Positions 51,183 to 64,000 of a stretch of 64,000 nt of DNA are shown here, piece by piece. Source of the DNA: Octopus sinensis (lineage: Eukaryota); the NCBI RefSeq assembly GCF_006345805.1, contig NC_043004.1:69440001-69504000 (forward strand), in the 5' to 3' direction. The position numbers and the translations under genes are program-made. The stretch's first letter is position 1; each line of letters opens with the position of its first letter. The notes under the pieces were generated by a model, which ran no database searches, had not been told where the DNA came from, and was given only the letters and a program-made list of their open reading frames with translations.

Positions 51183-51575
51183 CTCTCTTTACTCTTTTAC
51201 TTGTTTCAGTCATTTGACTGCGGCCATGCTGGAGCACCGCCTTTAATCGAGCAACTCGACCCCGGGACTTACTCTTTTGTAAGCCTAGTACTTATTCTAT
51301 CGGTCTCTTTTGCTGAACCGCTAAGTAACGGGGACATAAATACACCAGCATCGGTTGACAAGCAATGCTAGGGGGACAAACACACAAACACATACACATA
51401 TATATATACATATATACGACAGGCTTCTTTCAGTTTCCGTCTACCAAATCCACTCACAAGGCATTGGTCGGCCCGGGGCTATAGCAGAAGACACTTGCCC
51501 AAGATGCCACGCAGTGGGACTGAACCCGGAACCATGTCGTTGGTAGGCAAGCTACCACACAGCCACTCCTGCACC
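51183..51575 (-). mobile_element. SINE family A, full length
   Basis: Complete reverse-complement copy. Confidence 0.9.
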
Positions 51576-51610
51576 TATGGAAATAAGCATTTTTTTCTTT
51601 TATTCTTTAA

Positions 51611-51831
51611 GCCTTTACTTTTCAGATTACTCTGTCAAAAATGTAATACTTATTTATTCACATTTCATAAAATTAATCCTGTATTACCTCATAACTCTGA
51701 TATTTCGAAGATATGATTGATTATTTTTAGAATGACATTGCTGGGTAGGTGTGAGAGGTCTGATCTGATCAGTTTTAGCATAGAACAGGTTGGATATATG
51801 GACCGGATATGGTTGTTTCAATGCTAAACGG
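51611..51831. mobile_element. piggyBac-type MITE
   Basis: TTAA at 51607-51610 and 51832-51835; same family. A further partial copy lies at 37357-37525. Confidence 0.7.
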
Positions 51832-52124
51832 TTAAAGAATATATGTTCTGCTTTCTCAAGAAATATTTCGCTTAATCCTTAAAATAGTCAGCAATTTAGT
51901 GAAATAATAAAGTTTTATTCATTATTAAATGTTTGACATATCGCTTTTTCATCTTTTACTTGTTCCAGTCATTGGACTGTGGCCATGCTGGAGCACCACC
52001 CAGAAAGGATTTAGTCAAGCAAATTAACCTCAGCACTTATTTTTTTAAAAGCCTGGCATTTGTTCTATTGGTTTCTTTTGCCAAACCAATAGAACCACAG
52101 TTTTATTGCTTTAATTTCAACTAA

Positions 52125-52490
52125 GGCACTGCCTTGAAGAATTTTTAGTTGAACGAATCAACCCCGGTACTTTACTTTTTAAGTCCAATATTTAGTCTAT
52201 TAGTCTCTTTTTGCTGAACTACTAAGTTACGGTGAAATTAACACACCAGCACCAGTTGTTAAGTGGTGGTGGGCGACAAACGCAGACACAAAGACACACT
52301 GACATACACATACATACATGAAAGGCTTCTTTCAGTTTCCTTCTACCAAATCCACTCACAAGGCTTTGGTCAGCCTGAAGCTATAGCAAAAGACACTTTT
52401 CCAAGTTCCCATGCAGTGGGACTGAACCCAGAACCATGTGGTTGGGAAACAAACTTCTTACCATTCAGCCAACCTGTGCCTATGGTTTCT
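52125..52490 (-). mobile_element. SINE family A, diverged
   Basis: Middle and head recognisable. Confidence 0.75.
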
Positions 52491-52539
52491 TTTTATTATG
52501 CTCAGTTTTGTGGTTGGGCTTATTATATAATAATGTAAT

Positions 52540-52920
52540 GGAAGTACTCCGTCGGTTACGACGACGAGGGTTCCGGTTGATCCGATCAACGGAACAGCTT
52601 GCTCGTGAAATTAACGTGTAAGTGGCTGAGCACTCCACAGACACGTGCAGCCTTAACGTAGTTCTCGAGGATATTCAGCATGACACAGAGAGTGACAAGG
52701 CCGGCCCCTTGAAATACAGGTACAACAGAAACAGGAAGTAAGAGTGAGAGAAAGTTGTGGTGAAAGAGTACAGCAGGGATCACCACCATCCCTGCCGGAG
52801 CTTCATGGAGCTTTAGGTGTTTTCGCTCAATAAACACTCACAACGCCAGGTCTGGGAATCGAAACCGCGATCCTATGACCACGAGTCTGCTGCCCTAACC
52901 ACTGGGCCATTGCGCCTCCA
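52540..52920 (-). mobile_element. SINE family E (alternative tail) with 10-bp TSD
   Basis: ATAATGTAAT at 52530-52539 and 52921-52930. Head matches the 15.7-kb copy; the 3' half is unrelated. Confidence 0.88.
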
Positions 52921-53717
52921 ATAATGTAATATTTTACATCTGAGAGAAGTGTTCATAAACTACAAATAATTAGAATAAAAATTGATATAAGCATTGCTTG
53001 TTTCTTTGTCCAAGTGGGGTTTTTCCCTCATAGGGATTCTGTCATATACTCCTTAAGTTAGTGTTTTTGGTATGCTTTTAATCCATTTGGAACCCTTTCT
53101 CGCACCACCTTTCTGTCTTCTCAAAGCTCAACTGGTAATATTTTATTCTGTCACCCAGAGTTAAATATACAGAACCTCTTCATATAATTGTAGCTTCGTT
53201 CATCCATTCAAAAGTAGAAGAGGCGCAAGGGTGATTGTGTGGTAAGAAGCTTGCTTCCCATCTACATGGTTCTGGGCTCTGTTCCACTGCATGGCACCTT
53301 GAGCAAGTGTCTTCTACTATAGCTTTGAGCTGACCAAGGCCTTGTGAGTGGATTTGGTAGATTGAACCCAGAATCATGTGATTGGGACACAAACTTCTTA
53401 ACTCTCAGCCACACCTACTACGAAGTATATTGTTTATAAATCTTTTGTAAAAATAAGGACGATACACACACAACACGCAGGGCTTTAATAATAAAGTATA
53501 TATATATATGTTCTTTTATTCTTTTATTTGTTTTCAGTTATTTGGCTGTGGCCATGCTGGAGCACCACTTTTAGTCAAGTAAATCCATCCCAAGACTTAT
53601 TCTTTGTAAGCCCAGTACTTATTCTATCAGTCTCTTTTGCCAAACCACTAAGTTACAGGAACATAAGCACACTAACATCGGTTATCAAACACAGCGACAC
53701 AAACATATACATATATG

Positions 53718-53748
<31 letters not shown>

Positions 53749-53750
53749 AT

Positions 53751-53802
<52 letters not shown>

Positions 53803-53803
<1 letters not shown>

Positions 53804-54212
53804 TAGCAGCTAAGCCCGGTTTCAGCCGGTCAGTTTGGATGGTGTGGCTGTGATTGTTTTATGTTAGGCGTAATCTATAACAGCATTTGTCAACCTTATC
53901 ATTTCGAGTCCCCCGTTTCAATTGGAGCCTCCAGCTATATGAAAATTTCCTGACCCCACCCTGTCAGAAAACAGCTTCTAAGCAACTGGTTATTTTAATG
54001 ACAGATGAAAGAGGGAAATTCCATTACAAAAAGTTTTGATCGATTTTCTCAGTAAGTATGGGGGGTTAGGAAAAAAATACAAACTGCATTCCAATCTATT
54101 CACCTGTCTCCACACGGGTGCCATTTTCCATGCGAATCCACCCAGCCGTTTGGCTGTGAACCTCAAGACAAGAAAGAATGCAACAATCGCTCATGTCCAA
54201 TTTATATTATAG
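53803..54212 (-). mobile_element. Non-autonomous Helitron-like element
   Basis: Minus-strand 3' end CTAG|T at 53803, preceded by a CCGG-TTTCAG-CCGG hairpin; other end ATATTATAG; inserted next to (TA)n. Confidence 0.65.
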
Positions 54213-54588
54213 GCGCAGGAGTGGCTGTGTGGTAAGTAGCTTGCTTACCAACCACACAGTTCTGGGTTCAGTCCCACTGCATGGCACCTTGGGCAAGTGT
54301 CTTCTACTGTAGCCTCGGGCCGATCAAAGCCTTGTAAGTGGATTTGTTAGACGGAAACTGAAAGAAGCCTGTCATATATATGTATGTGTTTGTTCCTCCA
54401 CCATTGCTTGACAACCAATGTTAGTGTGTTTATGTTCGTGTAACTTAGCAGTTTGGCAAAAGAGAATGCTAGAATAAGTACTAGGCTTACGAAGTATAAG
54501 TCCTAGTGTCAATTTGCTTGACTAAATGCAGTGCTCCAGCATGGCCACAGTCAAATGACTGAAACAAATAGAAGAGTAAAAGAATATA
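54211..54588 (+). mobile_element. SINE family A, full length
   Basis: Complete head, core and tail. Confidence 0.9.
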
Positions 54589-54784
54589 GACACACACACC
54601 TTAAAAGTAAACAGATGCCTCATTATATAGACATTCATATATAGATATATCATCATTTAACGTCTGTTTTCCATGGGTTGGATGGCTTGACTGGAGCTGG
54701 AAATATGTAGATAATGCGGGCTGTCTATTTACTTTTGAGGTATCCATGCGTGCGTGTGTGTATATAGATATATATATATATATA

Positions 54785-54990
54785 AAGTTAATCCGAACAT
54801 GAAAACACTAAGAGAAAACACAACAACGTGAGGACGCGGAACAAGTATAGTGTTTTTGGACACTCAGGAAGGAAAGAAAGAAGGAGGATTTAATGTTTCG
54901 AGTAGAGCTCTTCGTCAGAAACATAGAAAAAGGAAAGATCCAAGGAAGGGAAGACAGAGAAAATAATTTGCCAACGATACACACGCTGTC
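54785..54990 (-). mobile_element. Penelope-like remnant, family H2, hammerhead-like core intact
   Basis: Minus strand reads TTT-CTGACGA-A-GAG-CTCTA-CTC-GAAACATT-AAA (54918-54895). (TA)n on both sides. Confidence 0.65.
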
Positions 54991-55394
54991 ACATATTGAA
55001 TCATATATATATATATATATATATATAAAATGAGATAGGGGTTGAAAATTCAACCCACCATGGGATAATATATATACATTATTATAATATATATACATTT
55101 GAATATATAATATATATCCAATATACTGCCATTTATACCTGCCTTTATGGCTTAGAGGTTAAATGAGGTATGACTGCCCTCACTGCCGAAACAGCTGTCA
55201 GTTTTGATTTAATTGCATATTATATTTGAAAATTTTTTACTTATATCTCTTTATCTTTTTACTATTACTGTATATCTCATTTTATATAATGCCTTTACTC
55301 ATATGTAATGGTGTATTAAAGTATTGATTGGGTATCATCGGATAGTTGATGTTTTATTGATTTAAGTATGTTTCTCCATTCTCTAATTTTGTAG

Positions 55395-55428
<34 letters not shown>

Positions 55429-58010
55429 CACATAAGTAGGGGTGTGTTGCGTTCCATTAATAAATAAAAAATGAAAAAATGTATGGTATATAAACAAACA
55501 AATGACATAATGTGTGTGTGTGTATATATATATATATATACACACATGTAGTGTGCAGGTATGGCTTTGTGGTTAAGAAGTTTGTATTTTGTTTCAATGT
55601 ATAGCATCTTCGCTCCTTGGGTATGTGTCTTTTACTATAACCCTGGGCTGTCCAATAATCTTGTAAGTGAATTTTGAAGATGGAAACTGTAGGAAGCCTA
55701 TCATGTGTCTATGTGTATCCGTGTTGTGTATGTGTGTGGATGTGTTTGAATGTTGATATTCCACACTTGTCATTCAAACAAAACAGTAATGCTGTTGATA
55801 TTCCTTGTTGACATTATGACTGGTTGCTCTATACTTTTTAGGACTTCTAGAATAGGAATTTTTTTTATTTGAGAAGGAGACAAGGCTTGGCCACAGGAAG
55901 AGAATCCTGCTGTAAAATGCTACATCAAAATAACTCCCTGCCCGGCATATGCAAGTGTGCAGAAGCAGGCATTATACAAATAAATAAACAAATGTGTGTG
56001 TTATGGAGAGAGAGAGAGAGAGTATTTCATGGGTATATAGTGTTAAATGTATGATTGCTTGGGTGAAATTGAAGCTCCACATAAAGTTTCATCATCCAGG
56101 CTACATCTTGCAAAGTGGATTTGCTACTACTGGACATAATATTGAATGTTATGATATATATAGAGAGAGCAAGTATATTGTGGTGTCAGGATTAAATGCA
56201 CCAAATACACTCTGTGAAGTAGTTGGTAAATGGAGACGGAGCAACTTTAAGTAGACCACTTTTGTTTTGTGAAACACATAATGACCTATCTAATATTGGT
56301 GCCATGATAAATTACATGTGGCACACTCTGTAAAGTGATGGATAATGGATACGGTATCCAGCCCCGTCAAAGCCATGCCAAAAACAGTATATAGGTATAT
56401 GATAGGGTTTCCCAGGTGATGTAGGAGAGCACTTCGAATGAGAAGTGACTTGGACCAACATTGTCCGACCTGCCCCGACATGGGCTGCAAAACCACAAAA
56501 ATGGGTTTCTTGATGATGATTTGGTGAAAAACTAAACTCAATCCATTTCAGTGTACAATATTTTGATATGATGATACACATGATAAAATGATATTGCCAT
56601 GATCGCGTTGGTGCACCTAGTACACTCTATAAATTGGTTGGTGTTAGGTAGGGCACCCAATTATAGAAAACAAGTCAGAAATAGAATGTAGGAGTGTGAC
56701 AGAGTCTCCCAGATGATGTAGATGATCAATAACTCCAAATAAGAAACGACTTGAAACAATATTTTGATCCAACTCTTAGTAGCACAGAAAGCAGAACTAT
56801 AATGATGCTCATCATAATAATGATGGTTGTGATTTAGTGAGAAATTAAAGGAAGTCCATGTACAAAATCTTTGCACTTGTACAAGATTTTGATATGATGG
56901 TGCAGATGACACTAGCCAAAGGTGTCACTCAGTATGACTGAAATCTGAAGAATCTAATTGTGGAGTAAATGTCAAAAGCATATGATTATGCCAGTACCCA
57001 TAAGAGTTGCCGAATCATCGTCAAAGGGAGATATGTGCTTGAGATGTGTGAATGTAAACGACTCTGAAATGAGAGAAAAACCTCTTCACTCCAGGCCATG
57101 TAACATTGTTTAAGACTTTAGCAACTCTCTGATAGACATATCCATAATTAGTATAGCTGTAATTAACATCTGTAACTACTTTAACAAATTCATTTCTACT
57201 AACGGTAGCTTTCAAAGTGTTCTCTCCCTGCACACACATGCACATACAAGCACATACAAGCACACACAGACTCACATGCTTTTATACACACGCACACACA
57301 CACATGTGCACCCACATACATACACATCGTAAGAGCTGCACACATGTTCATAATGACTGTATCATTGGGAACATACTTATATTACATTTCAGCTTCAAGT
57401 GTATTCATCATAATACCAGACAAAGAGATGTAATTGAATTAGCCGTTAACTGGAATTGATCTTCCCCCCTCTCTCTCTTTCTGTATGTGTGTGTCTCTTT
57501 CTCACTCCTCTTTATTCCCACCCCTCCTCATCCCCACTCATTTGTATTGTCATTTTTCTTTTTACATTTCTGTTTTAAGGACATTACACAATTGTCAAAT
57601 GTATACAGCACCAAAATGTAAAAGAAAAAGGACAAAGAATGCATTTATCATCTGCTGAAATTCCTCTCAACCTTCTCTACCCCCCCACCTTCCCCATCGT
57701 GTATTTTAAAAGTGCTCCAGGTTACAAAAATGTATGAAGATGAACTCAGAGCCGAACAGATGTACAAAATATACTCTACAATTAGGCCGATGTAATGTAA
57801 ATTTTTTTTGTTATTTAAAGTTTTATGGTGTGTGTTATATTGTTTTGTAAAGTGCTTCTTGAGTCGAAGGCAGCAGCAAATTGTCAGAGTCATTAGAGTG
57901 CTGGATAGGATGCCTTCTGGTATTTATTTTGACACAGTGAGCTCTGAGTTCAAATCTCACCAAGGCCAATTTTTGCCTTTCATCCTTTCCCTGTCAGTCT
58001 CAGCACTTCC

Positions 58011-58998
58011 TTGGTTGATTCTATGTCATAATTATTTGGTTGATTCTAGTCACAATTATTTGGTTGATTCTGTGTCATAATTATTTGGTTAATTCTAATC
58101 ATAATTATTTGGTTAATACCAGTTATAATTATTTGGTTAATACCAGTCATAATTATTTGGTTAATTCTAGTCATAATTATTTGGTTAATTCTAGTCATAA
58201 TTATTTGGTTAATTCTAGTCATAATTATTTGGTTAATTCTAGTCATAATTATTTGGTTAATTCTAGTCATAATTATTTGGTTAATTCTAGTCATAATTAT
58301 TTCGTTGATTCTAGTCATAATTATTTGGTTAATTCTAGTCATAATTATTTCGTTGATTCTATGTCTTAATTATTTGGTTAATTCTAGTCATAATTATTTG
58401 GTTAATTCTAGTCATAATTATTTGGTTAATTCTAGTCATAATTATTTGGTTAATTCTAGTAATAATTATTTCGTTGATTCTAGTCATAATTATTTGGTTA
58501 ATTCTAGTCATAATTATTTCGTTGATTCTATGTCTTAATTATTTGGTTAATTCTAGTCATAATTATTTGGTTAATTCTAGTCATAATTATTTGGTTAATT
58601 CTAGTCATAATTATTTGGTTAATTCTAGTCATAATTATTTGGTTAATTCTAGTCATAATTATTTGGTTAATTCTAGTCATAATTATTTGGTTAATTCTAG
58701 TCATAATTATTTGGTTAATTCTAGTCATAATTATTTCGTTGATTCTATGTCTTAATTATTTGGTTAATTCTAGTCATAATTATTTGGTTAATTCTAGTCA
58801 TAATTATTTGGTTAATCTAGTCATAATTATTTGGTTAATTCTAGTCATAATTATTTGGTTAATTTAGTCATAATTATTTGGTTAATTCTAGTCATAATTA
58901 TTGGTTAATTCTAGTCATAATTATTTGGTTAATTCTAGTCATAATTATTTCGTTGATTCTATGTCTTAATTATTTGGTCAATCCTGTCGTAATTATTT
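58011..58998. repeat. 24-bp minisatellite (~41 units) with recurring 25-bp variant
   Basis: Unit TTGGTTAATTCTAGTCATAATTAT; variant TTCGTTGATTCTATGTCTTAATTAT at ~58350, 58520, 58735 and 58950. Confidence 0.95.
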
Positions 58999-59252
58999 GA
59001 CAGAAACTACCACGTGTGTGTGTTTGTTCTCTGTCAGCCCTACTCAACTGCTTGGCAACTAATGTTGGTTTGTTTACATCTCCACAATGTAATGGTTCAG
59101 CAAAGGAGACTGATAGAATAAGTACCAGACTTAAGAAAGAAAAAACTATGTATTGGACTGAATTTGACTAAATCCTTGGATATGGTGCCCCAGCATGGCC
59201 ACAGTCCATTGACTGAAACAAGTAAAGCAATAAGAAATAAAAAAAAAAATGA

Positions 59253-59660
59253 AGGTGCAGGAGTGGCTGTGTGGTAAGTAGCTTGCTTACGAACCACATG
59301 GCTCCGGGTTCAGTCCCACTGCGTGGCACCTTGGGCAAGTGTCTTCTACTATAGCCTTGGGCCAAACCGAAGCCTTGTGAGTGGATTTGGTAGATGGAAA
59401 CTGAAAGAAGCCTGTCGTATATATATATATGTGTGTGTATGTATATGTTTGTGTGTCTGTGTTTGTCCCCCTAGCATTGCTTGACAACCGATGCTGGTGT
59501 GTTTACATCCCCATCACTTAGCGGTTCGGCAAGAGAGACCGATAGAATAAGTGCTAGGCTTACAAAGAATAAGTCCTGGAGTCACTCTGCTCGACTAAAG
59601 GCGGTGCTCCAGCATGGCCACAGTCAAATGACTGAAACAAGTAAAAGAGTAAAAGAATAA
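59253..59660 (+). mobile_element. SINE family A, full length
   Basis: Complete head, core and tail. Confidence 0.9.
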
Positions 59661-60784
59661 AAGAAGGGAAAAGCTATTGTATGTTGTCCTTTGTACTTAT
59701 TTCTGGTTTTCCACCATCGTTTACCTAGGTTGCAAGATAACCATGTATATTTGTGCTGCTTGTCTCTTTCATGCATATCGTACAGTTCCATGGAGCTGCA
59801 ATACATTCAGCAACGAACCATTATGATGAAGTAAATTCTGTTGGAGGGAAGAGAGATAGCAATCTTGTTGCTAAGATCTGCACTGTTATTGAATAGACAT
59901 TGCTGCTACACGGTGGTGGAAGCAACACCACCAGGCTATGTACACCTTCTGTTCATGTTATTTCTGCTTCTTAATAAACTATTTCTTGTAATTATATTTG
60001 CTCAGCAGTCCAATCTCACAATTCAATTTTCGTTTTAGTTTCTGGTAACCTTTATCTCTGTCTATCTATTTGTCTCTCTCTCTCTCTCTCTCTCATACAA
60101 CAATGTTTCCTAGAAAGAAAAGGAGAGAGAAAAAAATCCAAACAAAAAAGCAAGGAAAAGGCTCCAAGAAGATGAAGAGAGGAGAGAAAAAAATAATAGG
60201 AAAAGCAAAAAAAAAAGTAATAATAAATTAAAAAAAACAAGAAAAAGAAAAAAAAACCCAAAACAAACCAAAATTCCATCCAGCCTATGAATACAGTGTT
60301 CATTCGAGTTGCAAGTAACTCATTCCTTTTTAATTAATTATATTCAAAGGAATATCTTTCTCACAGAAATATTCTTCAATATTGTAGCAAGCCAAAAATT
60401 CTTGAAGAAATCATATTCTTGGTTTTCGAAGACCAACTCTGTTTAGTTACCAATTTCACTTTTATTAGAATCATTGAAGACATGTTTTTGTTGGGGTTTT
60501 TTTTTTATTATGTTATTATTGATGGTGGTGTCGGTAGTGGTGGATCTTTGACATTTTTTTCTATTAAAATTTAAATAATTCCACTGAATATGATAATGTT
60601 TTCATCATCATGATCGTGACCATCATCAACATCATTTGATGATGATAGTAATGATGATGATGCTGAGTGGTGGTGACGATAACCACCATAATGGCACTGG
60701 TGATGTTGATGGGGGGGGGGCTGCAGCATTGGAGATGGTGGTGGTGGTGAAACGTTTGATTTCTGTTGCATCATAACTACTTGG

Positions 60785-61162
60785 GTGTTTTTTCTAACTC
60801 CTTACTCTCTCTTTTACTCTTTTACTTGTTTCAGTAATTTTGACTGTGGCTATGCTGGAGCACTGTCTTTAGTCGAGCAAATTGAACCCAGGACTTATTC
60901 TTTGTAAGCCTAGTACTTATTCTGTCGTTCTCTTTTGCCAAACCGCTAAGTTACACGAACATAAACACACTAACATTGGTTGTCAAGCAATGGTGGGGGA
61001 ACAAACATATACATATATATGACAGGCTTCTTTCAGTTTCCGTCTACCAAATCCACTCACAAGGCTTTGGTCAGCTCGAGGCTGTAGTAGAAGACACTTG
61101 CCCAAGGTGCCATGCAGTGGGACTGAACTCAGAACTCTGTGGTTGGTAAGCAAGCTACTTAC
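60785..61162 (-). mobile_element. SINE family A
   Basis: Reverse-complement copy; the extreme 5' end is replaced by rearranged SINE pieces. Confidence 0.85.
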
Positions 61163-62323
61163 GGAGACGTAAACACACCAGCATCGATATAATCGACTTA
61201 ATCCGTTTATCTGTCCTTGTTTGTCCTCTCTGTGTTTAGCCCCTTGTGAGTAGTAAAGAAATAGGTATAGCTAGACACGAGCACAGCCGTGTGGCTAAGA
61301 ATGTTCTGTCCCACTGCACAGCACCTTGAACAGGCCAACCAATACCTTGGGAGTGAATATGATAGATAGAAACTGTGTGGAAGCCTGTTGAATATAAAAA
61401 AAAAGTGCTGGGGTCAATTCTTTTGGTTAAAATTCCTTGAATATTGTGCCCCAGCATGGCTGTAGTCTAATGACTGAAACAGAGATAAAAAGATGTGTGT
61501 GTGTGTCTGTCTGTTTGTCTGTCTATGTGTGTGTGTGTGTGTGTGGAGGAGGGGTACATATGCATACAGTTTTCTTCAATGACATAATTGTCTTTTTTTC
61601 TTCTAAACTATTTAGTTAATCTACACACTGAACACCTTTCATGCTTTTCATGTGTGTGTGTGTGTTTGTGTGTATTCCAGCTTTCATTCCTGGCTTCTAC
61701 ACTCCCCCACCCTGGCAATACCCTTCCTCCTCTTCCCTCCACCCACTCCTGTTCCATCATATCATAAATAAACTTGCCTACTATACATTCTCCTTAACAT
61801 GAAAACTCCTTTGTTTATCACCAAATCATCATTTATTTCTAGAGGGATGATAGGGTACCTAAGCAGTTTGCTTTAGTGTTTTTATTTTGTTATTCTTCTT
61901 GATTTTGTTGATACTATTTCTTTCATTTTTGTTGTTTTTATTATATTTTGTTGTCATTTTTGTTGGGGGTGTCTTTTTTTTTCTTTCCAATGTGTTTCCC
62001 ATCTGTTTCTCCTTATTTGCAATAGTCAGTAGAATAGGTCTGCAAATTTAGAGATTTTATGATCTGTTTGAATGTTTGAACCTTATTACAGTTGTTTCAT
62101 GGCTGCGGCCATACTAGAGCACTGCTTTAAAGGGTTTTAGTCAAAGAAATCGAGCCCAGTACTTATTCTTTGTAAGCCTAGTACTTATTTTAGCTTTTTT
62201 TTTTTTTTGCTGAACTGCTAAGTTACAAGCTCATAAACACACTAGCATCAGTTGTGAAGAAATAGTGGGGAGACAGACAGACAGACACACAAATACATGC
62301 ATGCATACATACATATATACATT

Positions 62324-62497
62324 GCCACTCATAATAAAAAGGAATACTGGTGCAATGTCCCAGTGAAGACCTTAATAAAATGTAGGCAAAACAGACATGA
62401 TATAATGATTTGGGATAGAGAAGAGAAACTGTGCACAGTTGTGGAAATTAGCTGCCCAGGGGATGCTAACATAAAGCTGAAGATAAGTGAAAAAGAG
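62324..62497 (+). mobile_element. Fragment of a restriction-like-endonuclease (RLE) non-LTR retrotransposon (R4/Dong/Hero/NeSL-like)
   Basis: In-frame YWCNVPVKTLIKCRQNRHDIMIWDREEKLCTVVEISCPGDANIKLKISEKE resembles the NRPD...(D/E)..P...K RLE motif. Confidence 0.7.
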
Positions 62498-62880
62498 ATG
62501 GATGCCCTTCCTAACACCAACCACTGTGTGAGTGTAGTGGGTGCTCTTTACATGCCACCAGCACAGGGGCCAGAAGAGGCTGGCAATGGCCACAATCGGT
62601 TGGTGCTTTTTACGTGCCACCAGCACGGAAGCCAGTCAAGGCGGCGCTGGCATCGGCCACATTCAGATGGTGCTTTTTACCTGCCACCGACACGGGTATC
62701 ACAAGTACAATTTCCATTTGATTTTTATTTTGATGTTGATATACTTGACTCAATAGGTCTCCTCAAGCACAGCAGGTCGCCCTACGATCCGAGGTAAGCA
62801 CAGCAGGCCGTCCTATGATCCAAGGTACTTTTAATGGAGTGGGGCTGGTTATGTAAAGCTGGTGTAGGTTACAGCCATGA
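62498..62880 (-). mobile_element. RTE-type LINE 3' UTR fragment with internal ~55-bp repeats
   Basis: Reverse complement of GGTTGGTGTTAGGAAGGGCATCC, plus three GGTGCT(T/C)TTTAC.TGCCACC repeats. Confidence 0.65.
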
Positions 62881-62895
62881 ACTCACTTTGTTTTT

Positions 62896-62929
<34 letters not shown>

Positions 62930-63321
62930 ATAAGAACTGAAGGGTTCTTTTGTGTTTTTATGAGGACCATCAAGTTTCTTCTTTGAAACTGGCTTTTTAT
63001 TGTCTTACTTTGTGTGTGTATTTATATGAAATTCAGAATGACAGTCAAATGATGGAAACTTTTTTAAACCACCTGAAAATAAGACATAGTTAAAATATCT
63101 AAAGTAGGTTTGATTGGTTTTAGTCTATAATCATCATCATCATTTATCGTCCGTGTTCCATGCTAGCATGGGTGGGATGGTACAAGAGCCAGCCAGGCCG
63201 AAACCTGCACTGGACTTCTGCGACTGTTTTGGCAAGATTTTTGCAGCTGGATGCCCTTCCTAACACCATAATATATTATAATATATGGCTATATTGTGAT
63301 ATTGACAACAATATATATTTA

Positions 63322-63555
63322 AGGCAGTCAGCTGGCAGAATCGTTAGCATGCCAGGTGAAATGCTTAGCGATATTTTGTCTGCCGTTACATTCTGAGTTC
63401 AAATTCCACCAAGGTTGACTTTGCCTTTTATCCTTTCAGGGTCGATAAATTAAGTACTAGTTATGCACTGGGGTCAATATAATCGACTTAATCACTTTGT
63501 CTGTCCTTGTTTATCCCCTCTATGTTTAGCCCCTTGTGGGCAATAAAGAAATAAG
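63322..63555 (+). mobile_element. SINE family B
   Basis: Same head, core and tail as 2947-3182. Confidence 0.85.
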
Positions 63556-63828
63556 AAACAATATATATTTAATCTGTAATATATTATATAATTACTATAT
63601 ATTTTTTGTATAAAACACTTATATATCTATTCCATCCAGGATATCTTATGTATGTCACTCTCTTCATCTAATCAGCTTTTATTTTCTGTTTCTTCAGACC
63701 TTCTTGATATTAACCCACACATGGTTGATCTGGTTTGGTGATAGAAACTTCCTGTTTTAAAATGATCTAAATTTAGACCTCACTTTCTTTGTTAATATGT
63801 CCCAGACACCAGTTTAACAACAATGGTT

Positions 63829-64000
63829 ATCTTTATATATAAAAGTGAAGTTGTGTGTCTGTCTCCTACGATTTAGATTCCTAACTACTCCCACATTTTG
63901 TGGTGCAGCTTAACCAAAACCGGGTATCTTATAGTCGTGATTCATATTGAGCCCTTCTGGGTATTAGCGTGAGTCTACGATTTTTAAAAACATTTACCAT
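63829..64000 (+). mobile_element. 5' end of a non-autonomous Helitron-like element (runs off the window)
   Basis: TCTTTATATATAAAAGTGAAGTTGTGTGTCTGTC start typical of Helitron-N elements. Confidence 0.55.

Noticed and set aside
58011-58998. CRISPR array or repetitive protein (VNSSHNYL)n
   Set aside because: Contiguous 24-bp units with no unique spacers, eukaryotic context and no cas genes; the ORFs are a by-product of a unit length divisible by 3.
60050-60270. Hydrophobic or Lys-rich ORFs in A/T-rich tracts (also 4000-4400 and 38150-38450)
   Set aside because: Low-complexity poly(A)/poly(T) sequence.
60361-60480. AATATTGTAGCA (NIVA) as GRK exon 1, or an exon after CTCACAG
   Set aside because: It lies downstream of exon 2, lacks MELE, and the frame ends in a stop.

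Overview
AT-rich, repeat-saturated eukaryotic DNA. The SINE repertoire and microsatellite load look like a coleoid cephalopod, probably Octopus; this rests on pattern recall, not a database search. I found only one host coding exon: a 96-nt phase-1/phase-1 exon at 28310-28405 (+) encoding [32 protein letters not shown], i.e. exon 2 of a GRK4/5/6-subfamily G protein-coupled receptor kinase. I found no exon 1 or exon 3, so the rest of the window is probably introns 1 and 2. These introns hold dozens of tRNA-derived SINEs (about five modular families, here called A-E), RTE/CR1/RLE LINE fragments, a decayed DD37D (maT) Tc1/mariner, Tc1/pogo and piggyBac MITEs, Helitron-like elements, foldback elements and a 24-bp minisatellite. 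Almost all ORFs in the supplied track are microsatellite or SINE noise. The most interesting signals are: (i) a set of mostly (TA)n-embedded elements carrying Penelope-type hammerhead-ribozyme-like cores, plus a young head-to-tail array of a ~768-bp non-coding monomer that resembles a retrozyme or non-autonomous Penelope-like element; (ii) a near-intact tRNA-Pro(AGG) joined to an RTE-type 3' tail (a proto-SINE-like chimera); (iii) a 462-bp near-complete palindrome and closely spaced inverted SINE pairs that should form long dsRNA in the GRK pre-mRNA. Coordinates of decayed repeats are approximate (about +/-20 bp).
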